Positions 1 to 11,108 of a DNA stretch of 64,000 nt are shown here, one piece after another. Under the pieces are notes generated by a model. It did no database searches, had not been told where the DNA came from, and was given only the letters and a program-made list of their open reading frames with translations. Every line of letters starts with the position of its first letter. The first letter of the stretch is position 1. Origin of the DNA: Burkholderiales bacterium (lineage in GTDB: Bacteria > Pseudomonadota > Gammaproteobacteria > Burkholderiales > SG8-39); NCBI GenBank assembly GCA_014860445.1, contig JACZJT010000048.1:828-64827 (forward strand). Direction: 5' to 3'. The position numbers and the translations under genes were made by a program.

Positions 1-3000
1 ACACATCGATCAGCTTGCGCACGTCATCAAAATGCAGCCCGACCGTGGGTTCGTCCAGCACATAAACAGTGGGAGAGCCCGACAGGCGGGCCAGTTCCTT
101 GGTCAGCTTAATGCGCTGCGATTCACCGCCGGAAAGGGTCTGCGAACTCTGAACCAGGCGCAGGTAGCCCAGGCCGACATCGATCAGGATGCGGATCTTG
201 CGGGCCAGGGGCGGGATATTGGCGAAAAGTTCAAACGCTTCGCTGGCCGTCAGGTCGAGCACGTCGGCGATGGATCGGCCCTTTAATTTGACCTGGGACG
301 TTTCGGAATTGTAGCGCCGTCCGTCACAGACCGGGCAGGTGATCTCCAGCTGCGGCAGGAAGCTCATCTGCAGTTTTTGCACCCCCATGCCCCCGCAGGC
401 CTCGCAGCGGCCGCCACGCACGTTGTAGCTGAAGCGTCCCGAGGCATAGCCCTTGACCTTGGCCCCGGGCAGGGCGGCGAAAAGGTCACGCACCATGGCC
501 ATGATGCCGATATAAGTGGCCGGGCATGAACGCGAATTCTTGCCGATGGCCGACTGGTTGACCATCAGCACTCTCGTGACGCCGTTTAAATCGGCAAGGG
601 TTCCGCAGGCCAAGCGGGAATCGGCCAGGGGCAGGCCGGCCAATTTCCGGCGCAGGATCGGTACCAGGGCGTCGATAACCAGGGAGCTTTTCCCCGACCC
701 GGAAACCCCGCTGACCACGGTCAGGCGGTTCAAGGGTATTTTCAAGTGGACGTTTTTCAGGTTGTTCAGAGTGATTGCGGCAATGTTGAGAAAATCAGCG
801 GCAGCGGTTCTCCGCATTGGCTCTGGCGTGATGCGGCGGCGGCCGTACACATAGTCCGAAGTCAGGGAGTTTTCAGCGGCGGCAAAACCACTCAGGGGGC
901 CGGCATACATGATCTCGCCGCCACGCTCACCTGCCCCGGGGCCGATATCCACAATGGTATCGGCGGCAAGGATGGTCTCCTCATCATGTTCGACCACGAT
1001 AAGGGTGTTGCCCTTTTCACGCAATTGGCGCAGAATGCCGAGCAGGTTGAGCTGTTCGGAAAAGTGCATGCCGATGGAGGGCTCATCCAGGATGTAAATG
1101 ATGCCGTTCAAACTGAAACCCAGCTGGGAAACCAGGCGGGCGCGCTGCAGTTCCCCCCCGGAAATGGTGTTGATCCTGCGGTTCAGTGAAACGTAACCCA
1201 GGTTCAAGGTGACAAAGGATTGTAAACGCTGGATAATCTGCGGCAGCAGCGGCCGGCCGACCCCGCTTTCTGTGGAGTTTAGGCGTACTCTTTCGAAAAA
1301 ATCGAGCAGGTCGGCAACCTCCATTTCTCCCAATTCATAAATGTTTTTGCCGCGAAAATAAAAAGCCAGGCTTTCGATCTTCAGGTCGGCCCCGCTGCAA
1401 ACCTGGCACACGCGGTCTTCGCCGCTCTGGCCGGTGCCCAGGCAATCAGGACAGGCACCTTCGGGAGAATTGCTGGAAAAAGTCCCGGGCTGGGGTTCGC
1501 TTAAGGAAATATCGCAGCGGGCACAGTGCAGGCGGTTGGAAAAAAAAATATCCCGGCCCTGGCAGCGTACCAGGATCTCACCGTTGCCTTCGTTCAGGGC
1601 CAGGGTGACGCTGTCGGCGACGCGCTCGCGGTTGGCGGACTCGACATCAACGGCATCGATCTGCACCGCGATATGGTGGCGGCTATTGCGGTCCAGGACC
1701 GGAACATCGTCCAGGTAATACACCTTGCCGTTGACCAGCGTTTTGAGGAAGCCGCGTTTGCGGTATTTTTCGAATAAGGCCTGGTAATGGCCGCGACGGT
1801 TGCGCACCACCGGGCTGAAAAGTTGGACCATGGCCCCTGAAAAACGGCTGAAAATAGCCTGGCCGATCTTTTCCGCCGAGTAGCGGCTTATCCTGTCACC
1901 GCACTGCGGGCAATGGGCTTCGGCCAGCCTGGCAAAAAGCAACCGCAGGTAGGGGGCGATCTCGGAGATCGTGCCCACCGAGGAGTTGAAGTAAAAGGAT
2001 GAGTGCTTCTGGTCGATGGAGATGGTGGGGGCGATGCCTTTGATGGATTGGACTTCGGGCCGCTCCAGGGACTTGATGAATTGGCGCGCATAGGCGGAAA
2101 GTGACTCCAGGTACTTGCGCTGCCCCTCCTGGAAGATGGTGTCGTAAGCCAGGGTGGACTTGCCCGAACCCGAAACGCCGGTGATCACGGTGAACTGGTT
2201 GCGCGGAATTTCGACGTCCACGTTCTGCAGGTTGTGCTCGCGGGCCTTGTGTATCTTGATGAAACCGGCTTGGACGCGTCGCGTCCGTTGCGAAGGCAAT
2301 GCCTCGGAGACGCGCGATTGACGCCATTCTTCAGCCGATGGCGCCAGTGCAAGCTCGTACTCGCGCAGCGCTTTTCCCGTATGCGAGGCCGCATGCGCGC
2401 GCACCTCGTCCGGCGTGCCGGTGCACACGATTTCGCCGCCTGCGTCGCCGCCTTCCGGCCCGAGGTCGATGATCCAATCGGAGGCGCGGATCATATCCAG
2501 ATTGTGTTCGATCACCACCACCGAATGTCCTGCGGCGATCAGCTTGCGCAGTGCGAAGAGCAGCTTCGCGATGTCGTCGAAGTGCAGGCCGGTGGTCGGT
2601 TCGTCGAACAGGAACAGCTTTCCCTTTCGAGCGAGGCCGCCCGCGGCGGGCGCGCCCCTGTTCGTAGCGGCGCTTGCGCCCTTGCCCGCTTCGACCAGAT
2701 GACCGGCGAGTTTCAGTCTCTGCGCTTCGCCGCCCGAGAGCGTGGGCACCGGCTGGCCGAGCTTGAGGTATTCCAGTCCGACGTCAGCCAGGGGAGTGAG
2801 CACCGCCTGCACCTGCGCGTGGTCGGCAAAGAATGCGAGTGCCTCGGACACCGTGAGTTCGAGCACGTCGGCGACCGAGAGCGCCCGTTGGCCGTGTTTG
2901 CCCGCGAGCGTGACTTCCAGCACCTCGTCGCGAAAACGCCGGCCGTTGCAGTCGGGGCAGCGCAGATACACATCCGACAGGAACTGCATTTCGACATGCT

Positions 3001-5461
3001 CGAAACCGTTGCCGCTACAGGTCGGGCAACGTCCGTTACCGGTGTTGAAGCTGAATGTGCCCGCGGTATAGCCGCGTTCTTTCGCCATGGGTTCGGCCGT
3101 GAACAGGCTGCGGATGGCGTCGAAGGCGCCGACGTAGCTGGCCGGGTTGGAGCGCGTGGTCCTGCCTATGGGCGACTGGTCCACCATCACCACGTCGGCG
3201 ATCAGTTCTGCGCCGTCGAGCGCGCGGTGCGCGCCGGGCGTTTCGGTGGGACGCCCCATCGCCTTCAATAGCGCCGCGTGGAGCACGTCCTGCACCAGCG
3301 TCGATTTGCCCGAGCCGGATACGCCGGTGACGCACACCAGGCGTGAAAGCGGTATGGCGACGTCGATGTTCTTGAGATTGTGTTCCGCCGCGCCGAGCAG
3401 GTGCAGCCTCGGCCCTTTCGCGTCGGGCGGCCTGGGCGCGATGCCCGCATCGGCGCGTTTTCTGCCTGAGAGATATTCGGCCGTCAGCGAGCGGCCGGAC
3501 CGTAACTCCGCCGGCGTACCGAAGGACACAAGCTCGCCGCCGCGCTCGCCCGGGCCGTGGCCCATATCGAGCAGTCGGTCGGCGGCAAACATGATCTGCG
3601 GATCGTGTTCGACCACCACCAGCGAGTTGCCGGCGTCGCGCAAGCGGTGCATCACCTCGATTACGCGGCCCATGTCGCGCGGGTGCAGGCCGATGGAAGG
3701 TTCGTCCAGAACGAACAGCGTATTCACCAGCGAAGTGCCGAGCGCCGTGGTGAGGTTGATGCGCTGCACTTCGCCGCCTGAGAGCGTGCGCGACTGCCGG
3801 TCCAGCGTCAGATAGGCGAGTCCCACCTGGCACAGGTAGGTGAGGCGTGCGCGGATTTCGGTGAGCAGCAGGTCGGTGGCTTCGTCCAGCGGCGCAGGCA
3901 GATGCAGCTTGTCGAAAAACGTCCGGCAGCGCTCGATCGGCAACAGCATCAGATCGTGTACCGTCAGCCCTGGCAGGGTGCTCAGTTGATCGTCGCTCCA
4001 ATCGACGCCGCTGGGCTTGAACCGCTTGTACGCGCCGAACACCCCGTCGGCGTCCTTCTTCGTGCCCAGGCGCCAGAGCAGCGCGTCCGGTTTGAGCCGC
4101 GCGCCCTCGCAAACCGGGCAGGGCGTGTAAGCGCGATACTTCGACAGCAGCACGCGGATGTGCATCTTGTAGGCCTTGCTTTCCAGCCAGTCGAAGAACT
4201 TGCGCACGCCATACCAGGTACCGGGCCAGGACGTCCGCCAGTTCTTCCATTCCGGCTCGCCCTCCAGCACCCACTTGCGCTGCGCGGAACTCAGACTGCG
4301 AAACGGCGTATCGAGCGGGATGCCGCGCTTGTTGGCGTACTTCACCATGTCGTCCTGGCATTCCTTGAAGCTCGCGGTCTGCCATGGCCGTACCGCGCCC
4401 TCGCGCAGCGTCTTGCCCTCGTCCGGCACGATCAAGCCGAAATCCATGCCGATGACGCGACCGAAGCCCCGGCAGGTATCGCAGGCGCCGATGGGCGAGT
4501 TGAACGAAAACAGTGAAGGCGTCGGATCGACGTAGTGGATGTCGCATTCGGCGCAGTGCAGGTCGGAGGAGTAGCGCCAGACCGCCGCCCTCTCGCTTGC
4601 GGCCGCCCCCTCACCCTTACCCTCTCCCCCGCGAGCGGGGGAGAGGGGATGTTCTTTGCCGGCAGGGTCTACGGTTGCGGGCGCCGCAGTGTTATTGCTC
4701 CCTCTCCCCTCCCGAGGGGAGAGGGCTGGGGTGAGGGGTGCATCGCCTTCGCCTGCTACATACACATTCACCTTGCCCTGACCGATTTTCAGCGCGGCTT
4801 CCAGCGCCTCGATCACACGCGTCTTCTCCGCGGAGGCGAGGCGCAGCCGGTCCTGCACCACTTCGAGCGCGCCTGCGCTACGCGCATGGATGCGCGCATA
4901 ACCCTGGCTCTCGAGCAACTGCTGCACTTCGGTTTCGGTGAAGTTTTTCGGCACGGGCACGGGGAAAGTGATGATGAGGCGCGGATCGCCCGCGTCCTGC
5001 GCGCGCGCGCTGAGTGCGGCGTAAATGCTTTCGGGTGTATCGCGCGCCACTTGCGTGCCGCAGCCGCGGCAATGCAGGCCGGCCGCGCGCGCGAACAGCA
5101 GTTTCACGTGATCGTTCAGTTCCGTCATGGTGCCGACGGTGGAGCGGGAAGTGCGCACCGGGTTGGTCTGGTCGATCGCGATCGCGGGCGGGATGCCCTC
5201 GATGCGGTCGACCTGCGGCTTGTCCATGCGATCCAGAAACTGCCGCGCGTAAGGCGAGAAGGTCTCGACGTAGCGCCGCTGGCCTTCGGCGTAGAGCGTG
5301 TCGAACACCAGGGACGACTTGCCCGAGCCGGAAACGCCCGTGACCACGACCAGCTGGTTCAGCGGGATCGCAAGTGTGAGGTTCTTGAGGTTGTTCTGAC
5401 GCGCACCGTGGATGCGGATGACGCTGTCCTCATCCGCTTTGCTGCTGTTTGTTTCTGGCAT
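1..5461 (-). CDS. uvrA: Excinuclease ABC subunit A, double-length (tandem UvrA-UvrA) form; 3' end runs off the window
   Basis: ATG at 5461 ([28 protein letters not shown]...GVSGSGKSS) is in the same frame as ...[19 protein letters not shown] at position 2. Four Walker A GVSGSGKS motifs, ABC signatures and CxxC zinc fingers. Absent from the ORF track, presumably because no stop lies in the window. Confidence 0.92.
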   Translation of the reverse strand, partial: MPETNSSKADEDSVIRIHGARQNNLKNLTLAIPLNQLVVVTGVSGSGKSSLVFDTLYAEGQRRYVETFSPYARQFLDRMDKPQVDRIEGIPPAIAIDQTNPVRTSRSTVGTMTELNDHVKLLFARAAGLHCRGCGTQVARDTPESIYAALSARAQDAGDPRLIITFPVPVPKNFTETEVQQLLESQGYARIHARSAGALEVVQDRLRLASAEKTRVIEALEAALKIGQGKVNVYVAGEGDAPLTPALSPREGRGSNNTAAPATVDPAGKEHPLSPARGGEGKGEGAAASERAAVWRYSSDLHCAECDIHYVDPTPSLFSFNSPIGACDTCRGFGRVIGMDFGLIVPDEGKTLREGAVRPWQTASFKECQDDMVKYANKRGIPLDTPFRSLSSAQRKWVLEGEPEWKNWRTSWPGTWYGVRKFFDWLESKAYKMHIRVLLSKYRAYTPCPVCEGARLKPDALLWRLGTKKDADGVFGAYKRFKPSGVDWSDDQLSTLPGLTVHDLMLLPIERCRTFFDKLHLPAPLDEATDLLLTEIRARLTYLCQVGLAYLTLDRQSRTLSGGEVQRINLTTALGTSLVNTLFVLDEPSIGLHPRDMGRVIEVMHRLRDAGNSLVVVEHDPQIMFAADRLLDMGHGPGERGGELVSFGTPAELRSGRSLTAEYLSGRKRADAGIAPRPPDAKGPRLHLLGAAEHNLKNIDVAIPLSRLVCVTGVSGSGKSTLVQDVLHAALLKAMGRPTETPGAHRALDGAELIADVVMVDQSPIGRTTRSNPASYVGAFDAIRSLFTAEPMAKERGYTAGTFSFNTGNGRCPTCSGNGFEHVEMQFLSDVYLRCPDCNGRRFRDEVLEVTLAGKHGQRALSVADVLELTVSEALAFFADHAQVQAVLTPLADVGLEYLKLGQPVPTLSGGEAQRLKLAGHLVEAGKGASAATNRGAPAAGGLARKGKLFLFDEPTTGLHFDDIAKLLFALRKLIAAGHSVVVIEHNLDMIRASDWIIDLGPEGGDAGGEIVCTGTPDEVRAHAASHTGKALREYELALAPSAEEWRQSRVSEALPSQRTRRVQAGFIKIHKAREHNLQNVDVEIPRNQFTVITGVSGSGKSTLAYDTIFQEGQRKYLESLSAYARQFIKSLERPEVQSIKGIAPTISIDQKHSSFYFNSSVGTISEIAPYLRLLFARLAEAHCPQCGDRISRYSAEKIGQAIFSRFSGAMVQLFSPVVRNRRGHYQALFEKYRKRGFLKTLVNGKVYYLDDVPVLDRNSRHHIAVQIDAVDVESANRERVADSVTLALNEGNGEILVRCQGRDIFFSNRLHCARCDISLSEPQPGTFSSNSPEGACPDCLGTGQSGEDRVCQVCSGADLKIESLAFYFRGKNIYELGEMEVADLLDFFERVRLNSTESGVGRPLLPQIIQRLQSFVTLNLGYVSLNRRINTISGGELQRARLVSQLGFSLNGIIYILDEPSIGMHFSEQLNLLGILRQLREKGNTLIVVEHDEETILAADTIVDIGPGAGERGGEIMYAGPLSGFAAAENSLTSDYVYGRRRITPEPMRRTAAADFLNIAAITLNNLKNVHLKIPLNRLTVVSGVSGSGKSSLVIDALVPILRRKLAGLPLADSRLACGTLADLNGVTRVLMVNQSAIGKNSRSCPATYIGIMAMVRDLFAALPGAKVKGYASGRFSYNVRGGRCEACGGMGVQKLQMSFLPQLEITCPVCDGRRYNSETSQVKLKGRSIADVLDLTASEAFELFANIPPLARKIRILIDVGLGYLRLVQSSQTLSGGESQRIKLTKELARLSGSPTVYVLDEPTVGLHFDDVRKLIDV
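4603..4740. repeat. Pair of inverted palindromic repeats (CCCCTCACCC..CCCTCTCCC..GGGAGAGGG family) inserted in frame in uvrA
   Basis: ccccctcacccttaccctctcccccgcgagcgggggagagggg ... ccctctcccctcccgaggggagagggctggggtgagggg; reads [13 protein letters not shown]...[14 protein letters not shown] in the UvrA frame. Confidence 0.8.
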
Positions 5462-5601
5462 TGCAGCATTTTAGCGGCTGCCGGGGCTTCGCGCTGCGCG
5501 CCTGTTCGACATTCAGGCTATTGCGGGGGCGGCGAGTTTATCCGGAACGCCGCACTCTCGCACGCCGGCGGGCTGCCCGCTTTATTGCATGGCCATGAAT
5601 T

Positions 5602-6348
5602 TCAAAGCCGCGCCTCCAGCAATTTCTCGGTGCGCTGGTAGATTGCTTCGGGCGATCCCTCAGCAGGAATGGAAACGAGCAGGTCTTTCTTGCGGTAGTA
5701 ATCGGCCAGCGGCGCGGTACTGGATGCGTAGGCGGCCATGCGCACCTTGACCGATTCAGCGCGGTCGTCTTCGCGTTGAATCAGCTTGCCGCCGCAGGCG
5801 TCGCACACGCCTTCGACCTTGGGCGGTTTGCTCTGCACGTGGTAGACGGCCTTGCATTTGTCGCAAGTGCGGCGCCCACTCAGGCGTGCGACGATGGTTT
5901 CAAGAGGCAGTTCATAGCTGAGTACGGCGTCGAGCTGGATGTTCTCGCGCGCCAGGAGTTCGCCCAGCGCCTCGGCTTGCGCCACGGTGCGCGGGAAACC
6001 ATCGAGAAGAAATCCCCCGCCGCAGCGCAGGCAGGCGGTGCGTTCCTTGATCATGGCGAGCACGGTCTCGTCCGTGACCAGTTCGCCCTTGCTCATGGCT
6101 TCGAGGGCGCGGTTGATCGCGGGGCTGCGCTCGCATTCATCGGTCGATTTCGCGGCACGAAAAACATCCCCTGTGGATAGCTGGCAGGCGCCGAGGCGTT
6201 CGCTCAGCAATTCGGCCTGGGTGCCCTTGCCGACGCCGGGCGCGCCGAGCAGGACGAAGCGGCGCGGGTGTGTCTGGGTTTGCGGTGGAACGGCGCAGTG
6301 TGCGGACGGGCCTTTGAGCCAGGCGGCGCGGTCGTTTTTTGCATTCAT
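5602..6348 (-). CDS. adk: Adenylate kinase (zinc-lid type, N-terminal extension)
   Basis: GAPGVGKGTQA P-loop, STGDVFR, GFLLDGFPRT, CxxC...CxxC lid, QREDD; start placed at MNAKND. Confidence 0.93.
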   Translation of the reverse strand: MNAKNDRAAWLKGPSAHCAVPPQTQTHPRRFVLLGAPGVGKGTQAELLSERLGACQLSTGDVFRAAKSTDECERSPAINRALEAMSKGELVTDETVLAMIKERTACLRCGGGFLLDGFPRTVAQAEALGELLARENIQLDAVLSYELPLETIVARLSGRRTCDKCKAVYHVQSKPPKVEGVCDACGGKLIQREDDRAESVKVRMAAYASSTAPLADYYRKKDLLVSIPAEGSPEAIYQRTEKLLEARL

Positions 6349-6516
6349 GTCGCGGCCCTTTTTCTCTGCTGGTTGATCGGGATGGCGCAGGCTCTTTTGC
6401 GAATGCGGCCTGAATCCATGTCCTATGATGCCATGAACAACGGGCAGCGCAAGCGCCGGCGCGGGTCCGGCGCGAGAGTCAGAGGTGAGTGTTTTCAACA
6501 GCCCTGACTTGGGGGA

Positions 6517-6545
6517 TGAAACAGGGGGCATGGCCCCCTGTTTCA
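6517..6545. terminator. Hairpin downstream of the DASS transporter gene
   Basis: TGAAACAGGGGGC-ATG-GCCCCCTGTTTCA, perfect 13-bp stem. Confidence 0.55.
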
Positions 6546-6553
6546 ACGCCGGG

Positions 6554-8065
6554 CTAACTCATAAACGCCATCCACGGCAGGCCGAGCAACAGATAGGCGG
6601 CGATGAACAGCACGCCGAATATTGCCCCCAGTTTCCAGTAGTCCGAGGCCGGCAGGTAGCCCGAGCCGTAATACACGGGGCTCGGCCCGGTCGCATAGGG
6701 CGTAAGTATGCCCATGATGCCGAGGGTGAGACCCAGCGAAAGCGCGAACTGCAGCATGTTCATGCCGGGTATGGTGGAACCCACGGCCAGCATCACCGGC
6801 AGCATCGCCGTCGTATGCGCGGTGATGCTGGCGAACAGGTAGTGGGTAAAGAAATACACCAGGATCAGCGCGATCATCGCCATGCCGGGAGAGAATCCGT
6901 CCATGTGCGCGGCGACCGAGTTCGCAAACCATTTTACGAACCCGACGCTCGAGAGACCTCCGGCCAGGGCGACCAGGGTCGCGAACCACACCAGGGTATT
7001 CCACGCCGCCTTGTTGGTGATCATGTCTTCCCAGGAAAACACAGCGGTGAGCAGCATCAGGGAAACGACGACCATCGCTGCGGTCGTCGCATTGATCACG
7101 CTGCCGCCGAAAATCCACATCGCCAGGGCGACCACGACCAGCCCCGCGAGCAGCATTTCGTGCAGACTCATCCCCCCCATCTTGGCGAGTTCCGAGGCCG
7201 CCCACTTGGGAACTTCATTGCCTTCCTTCACTTCCGGCGGATACAGCCAGTAGGTCAGAAGCGGAATCAGGATCAGCAGGGCGACGCCCACCGGCAGGAA
7301 GGCCATGAACCACTGTGTCCAGCTGATGTCGATCTTGGCGGTTTTTCTGACCAGCTCCACCGCGAGCAGGTTCGGCGCCATTGCCGTGACGAACATCGAA
7401 CTGGTGACGCAGGTGCAGGCAATGGCCACCCACATTAAATAGGATCCGATGCGGCGCGCCGAAGGGTCGTTGGGCTTTGAATCGTATAGTGCGGGCAGGT
7501 TGCGGATCACCGGGTAGATGGTGCCGCCGCTGCGCGCCGTGTTGGAGGGCGTGAACGGCGCGAGCAGCGTATCGGTCAGCACCACGGCGTAACCCAGCAT
7601 CAGCGTGCGCCGCCCCATCAGTCTGACCAGCACCAGTGCCAGCCGCTTGCCCAGCCCGGTTTTCTCGTAGCCCATGGCAAACATGAAGGCGGCGAAGATG
7701 AGCCATACCGTGCTGTTGGCGAATCCTGACAAGGCCCAGTTAAGGGATGCGTTCACCGACTTGAAGCCCGGTTTCGCGAGTTCCTGCGGGCCGTACAGCA
7801 CCCAGGGTGCCAGCGCGGCAACCAGGGTCACGCCGATGAGGCCCACCGCGCCGCCCGGCAGCGGTTCGAGCATCAGTGCGACGATGACTCCGGCAAAAAT
7901 GGCGAAGAAATACCAGGCATGCTGCGGCAGGCCTTCGGGCGCGGGAAACAGGGCGAGCGCTGCAGCCACGGCGATGGGCGCCAATGCGCGCCATGGAACG
8001 GAACTATGAGGTGAATGATCTGACAGGACCACCGAGGGTCCGGTGCCGTGCGAAAGCGTTGACAT
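6554..8065 (-). CDS. DASS family di/tricarboxylate antiporter (CitT/TtdT-like)
   Basis: Many TM helices; PSNTARSGG, TAMAPNLL and TPYATGPSPVYYGSGY motifs. Confidence 0.9.
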   Translation of the reverse strand: MSTLSHGTGPSVVLSDHSPHSSVPWRALAPIAVAAALALFPAPEGLPQHAWYFFAIFAGVIVALMLEPLPGGAVGLIGVTLVAALAPWVLYGPQELAKPGFKSVNASLNWALSGFANSTVWLIFAAFMFAMGYEKTGLGKRLALVLVRLMGRRTLMLGYAVVLTDTLLAPFTPSNTARSGGTIYPVIRNLPALYDSKPNDPSARRIGSYLMWVAIACTCVTSSMFVTAMAPNLLAVELVRKTAKIDISWTQWFMAFLPVGVALLILIPLLTYWLYPPEVKEGNEVPKWAASELAKMGGMSLHEMLLAGLVVVALAMWIFGGSVINATTAAMVVVSLMLLTAVFSWEDMITNKAAWNTLVWFATLVALAGGLSSVGFVKWFANSVAAHMDGFSPGMAMIALILVYFFTHYLFASITAHTTAMLPVMLAVGSTIPGMNMLQFALSLGLTLGIMGILTPYATGPSPVYYGSGYLPASDYWKLGAIFGVLFIAAYLLLGLPWMAFMS

Positions 8066-8298
8066 TGCAGAACTCCTTATAGACAAGACGGTGGATGGGA
8101 AGGCTGTTGAAATAAATTCTCACCCTGGCGCGGTGCGGCATTTTGACAATCGTCAACGAGGGCGCGAGCCGTGTTGCGGCGCAAGGCATATGCATCCCTT
8201 GCCGAAATCCGGGTCACCATTGAGGCTGCAGACTTGGCGTCGGGTGCGGTAGTATTCCGCCTCACCGATCAGGTCCGCGATCTATGAGGAGAAATGCG

Positions 8299-9222
8299 AT
8301 GAGGGAACGCCAGCTCTCGGAGCGCCCCGTGGCGCAAGGCATTACCCAGTTGGAAATCGACCAGCGCGTATTCGACCTGTACGACGAATATTGCCACGGC
8401 CGGATCGATCGGCGCGAATTCCTGAGCCGTGCCGCATCGATCGCGGTGCTGGGCGGGTCGGGCTTGCTGATGGCGCAGGCGCTGCTGCCGCGCTATGCGC
8501 AGGCGCAGACCATCTCCTTTACCGACCAGCGCATCAAGGCGAACTACGTCAGCTATCCTTCGCCCGGCGGTAATTCTGGAACGATGCGGGGCTACCTCGT
8601 GCAGCCTGCCGGACCAGGGCCTTTCCCGGTAGTGCTGGTCGTGCATGAGAACCGGGGGCTCAACCCGTACATCGAGGATGTCGCGCGGCGCGCGGCGGTG
8701 GAAGGCTTTCTCGCCCTCGCGCCCGACGGGCTTTTCCCGGTTGGAGGCTATCCCGGCAACGACGACGACGGCCGTACGCTGCAAGCGAGCCTGGACCAGC
8801 CGAAATTGCGCACGGATTTTCTGAACAGCGCGCGATTTCTAAGCGCGCACAAACTGTCCACGGGCAAGCTGGGAGTCACGGGCTTTTGCTATGGCGGCGG
8901 CGTGGTCAATTACCTGGCCGCGGCGCTGGGGCCGGACATGCACGCCGGTGCCCCGTACTACGGTGTCGCAGCCGATACGCAAAGCGTGGCGAAGATCAAG
9001 GCCCCGCTGCTGTGCCATCTGGCGGAAAACGATGCGCGCGTGAACGGCACCTACCCCGCGTTCGAGTCTGCACTCAAGGCCGCCGGCGTGAGCTATGCAG
9101 TGCACTTCTATCCGGGAACGCAGCACGGGTTTCACAACAACTCGACGCCGCGCTACAACGAAGCTGCGGCGAAGTTGTCATGGGAGCGTACGATCGCGCA
9201 TTTCAGGCAGCACCTCGTCTGA
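8299..9222 (+). CDS. Dienelactone hydrolase family protein (YghX-like)
   Basis: LYDEYCHGRIDRREFL N-terminus, HENRGLNP, GFCYGG nucleophile, HGFHN. Confidence 0.9.
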   Translation: MRERQLSERPVAQGITQLEIDQRVFDLYDEYCHGRIDRREFLSRAASIAVLGGSGLLMAQALLPRYAQAQTISFTDQRIKANYVSYPSPGGNSGTMRGYLVQPAGPGPFPVVLVVHENRGLNPYIEDVARRAAVEGFLALAPDGLFPVGGYPGNDDDGRTLQASLDQPKLRTDFLNSARFLSAHKLSTGKLGVTGFCYGGGVVNYLAAALGPDMHAGAPYYGVAADTQSVAKIKAPLLCHLAENDARVNGTYPAFESALKAAGVSYAVHFYPGTQHGFHNNSTPRYNEAAAKLSWERTIAHFRQHLV

Positions 9223-9233
9223 GCGCTTGAACG

Positions 9234-10388
9234 ATGCTGAAGAAGGCCTTGTCGGGTATGTTCTCGAAGACTGCCGGGGCCGCGGTTCCGGCTGCGGCCA
9301 TGCCGCAGGGCCCGGTTCCCGACGCTGCAGGCCACGAGGATGCCGATAACTGGCGCGACGGCATACTCGAACGCTTTTATCAGCACATGCACCGGCATGA
9401 GAGCGACAATTTCGATGCGGAACGCTTTGCCGGACAGGATCCGGGTGTTTTTCAGATCCGCCATCCGGTCCAGTATCTGAAATTCTTCTTCCTCAATTTC
9501 ATCGACCTGTTCGAAGCGCGCAACCGGCTGGCAGACGCGGCGTCGAAAGACCTGTTGGACCGGCTGATCCTGTTCCGCATGCTGAGCCACCATCATGTGA
9601 AAGTGCTGGAAGCGCCTGCCGAGCACTGGCGTTTGCGGGAGCAGGCAAAATCGTTTCAAGTCGGCAGCCCGCAGGAAACCGGCGTGCTTGGCCAGCTGGG
9701 CAGCTATGAGTTCCCGTTCGAGGGCGGGCGCATCCGGCTGGACGGATGGGCCATGAACGTGGCGATGGCGTTTCTGATGGGGCAGTACTACTTCGACCGG
9801 GACGGCGTCAGCATCAAACCGCGCCGCGGCGATTACCTGATCGACGCCGGCGCCTGTTTCGGCGATACGGCGCTTGCGTTTGCATCGACGGCCGGCGCCG
9901 AGGGTCAGGTGTACGCCTTTGACATGGTGCCGACGCATTGCCGCATCATGCGGCGCAATCTCGACATGAACCCCTCGCTCGCAGGGCGGATCACGCTGTT
10001 TCCATGCGGCGTGTCGGCGGTCGATCGGAACATCGGCATGACGCCGGCCGAGGACGTAGGCGTCAATCCGGCGGCGCACCTGGATTTCGACAAATATCCC
10101 GTGCGGCGCATCGATTCCCTGGTCGACGAGGGCGTCGTGAAGCGCGTGGATTTCATCAAAATGGACATCGAAGGCTCCGAGCTGGACGCGCTCTGCGGGG
10201 CGGAGGCCTCACTGCGGCGCTGGCGCCCGCGGCTGGCGATCTCGATCTACCACCGGCCGGAAGACTATTTTTCGATCATCCGCTATTTGGCCATGCTCGA
10301 TCTCGGTTACCGCTTCTATCTCGATCATTACACCATCCACGGCGAAGAGACGGTGCTGTACGCCAGCGCCGAAGCGCCTGCAGCCTGA
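9234..10388 (+). CDS. FkbM family SAM-dependent methyltransferase
   Basis: IDAGACFGD; VDFIKMDIEGSE; PRLAISIYH. Confidence 0.88.
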   Translation: MLKKALSGMFSKTAGAAVPAAAMPQGPVPDAAGHEDADNWRDGILERFYQHMHRHESDNFDAERFAGQDPGVFQIRHPVQYLKFFFLNFIDLFEARNRLADAASKDLLDRLILFRMLSHHHVKVLEAPAEHWRLREQAKSFQVGSPQETGVLGQLGSYEFPFEGGRIRLDGWAMNVAMAFLMGQYYFDRDGVSIKPRRGDYLIDAGACFGDTALAFASTAGAEGQVYAFDMVPTHCRIMRRNLDMNPSLAGRITLFPCGVSAVDRNIGMTPAEDVGVNPAAHLDFDKYPVRRIDSLVDEGVVKRVDFIKMDIEGSELDALCGAEASLRRWRPRLAISIYHRPEDYFSIIRYLAMLDLGYRFYLDHYTIHGEETVLYASAEAPAA

Positions 10389-10685
10389 TATCGGCGGGCG
10401 ACGCCGGGCCGGTCTGTCGATAGTTTTCTTCGGACCTGCGCGCCTATTGCATCGAATGCAGGCCGAACTCACCGTTTCGCAACCCAAACCGGCCGGAGAG
10501 CATTTCCGGAAATAGCCATGTGAAATCGACGCAGCCAACCCCCCCATTAATAGGAATGCGAGGCTTTCGCATTGCCGAATTGTGGCGTAGAGTTATCGGC
10601 GCAATAGGAAGTAGCAGTCGGATAAACGCCCATGCTCGCGGTTAGCGCAATGGGTTCACCTCAGTCCACTCATTAGGAGGATAAG

Positions 10686-10931
10686 ATGAAGGTTCGAGCC
10701 GTTACCTTGTTTCTCGCGCTGATGCTGACAAGCGCAACCGCGTTCGCTTTCCATTGCCCGGCGGACATGAAAAAGATCGATGCAGCAATGAGCAAGAAAC
10801 CCAAGTTGAGCGATGCTCAGATGTCGGAGGTGAAAAAGCTGCGTGCCGACGGCGAGGCATTTCACAAAGCCGGCAAGCACCAGGATTCGGTCGATACGTT
10901 AGCCAAAGCAATGAAAATCCTAGGCATATAA
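10686..10931 (+). CDS. Small secreted helical protein
   Basis: RBS AGGAGG, signal peptide ending AFA, HCP motif; 81 aa. Confidence 0.8.
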   Translation: MKVRAVTLFLALMLTSATAFAFHCPADMKKIDAAMSKKPKLSDAQMSEVKKLRADGEAFHKAGKHQDSVDTLAKAMKILGI

Positions 10932-11018
10932 CGAACCCTGGTACGCACTACAAACGAGTAAAGACGCCGCAGCGGATCGTCTGCTTCCGGCCGTTCGGAA
11001 ACGAGGCCAATTGGCCCA

Positions 11019-11108
11019 TTGACACGAATGCGCGGTCAGCTACGCTTTAGGCGCTTGTTGATTTAACTCCTCCAGAGATTCCCCCGCTTCGGCGGGGTTT
11101 CTTTTTTT
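11019..11108 (+). ncRNA. Candidate small RNA with anti-Shine-Dalgarno motif, including its promoter
   Basis: TTGACA-N16-TACGCT, then about 55 nt containing CTCCTCC, then a terminator. Confidence 0.4.
11082..11108 (+). terminator. Rho-independent terminator
   Basis: CCCCGC-TTCG-GCGGGG followed by a T-rich tract (TTTCTTTTTTT). Confidence 0.85.

Noticed and set aside
5500-5518. LexA box upstream of uvrA
   Set aside because: CTG-N9-CAG does not fit the CTGT-N8-ACAG consensus.
2234-5641. Several long ORFs (345, 503 and 368 aa) in the track
   Set aside because: Alternative or antisense frames of uvrA.
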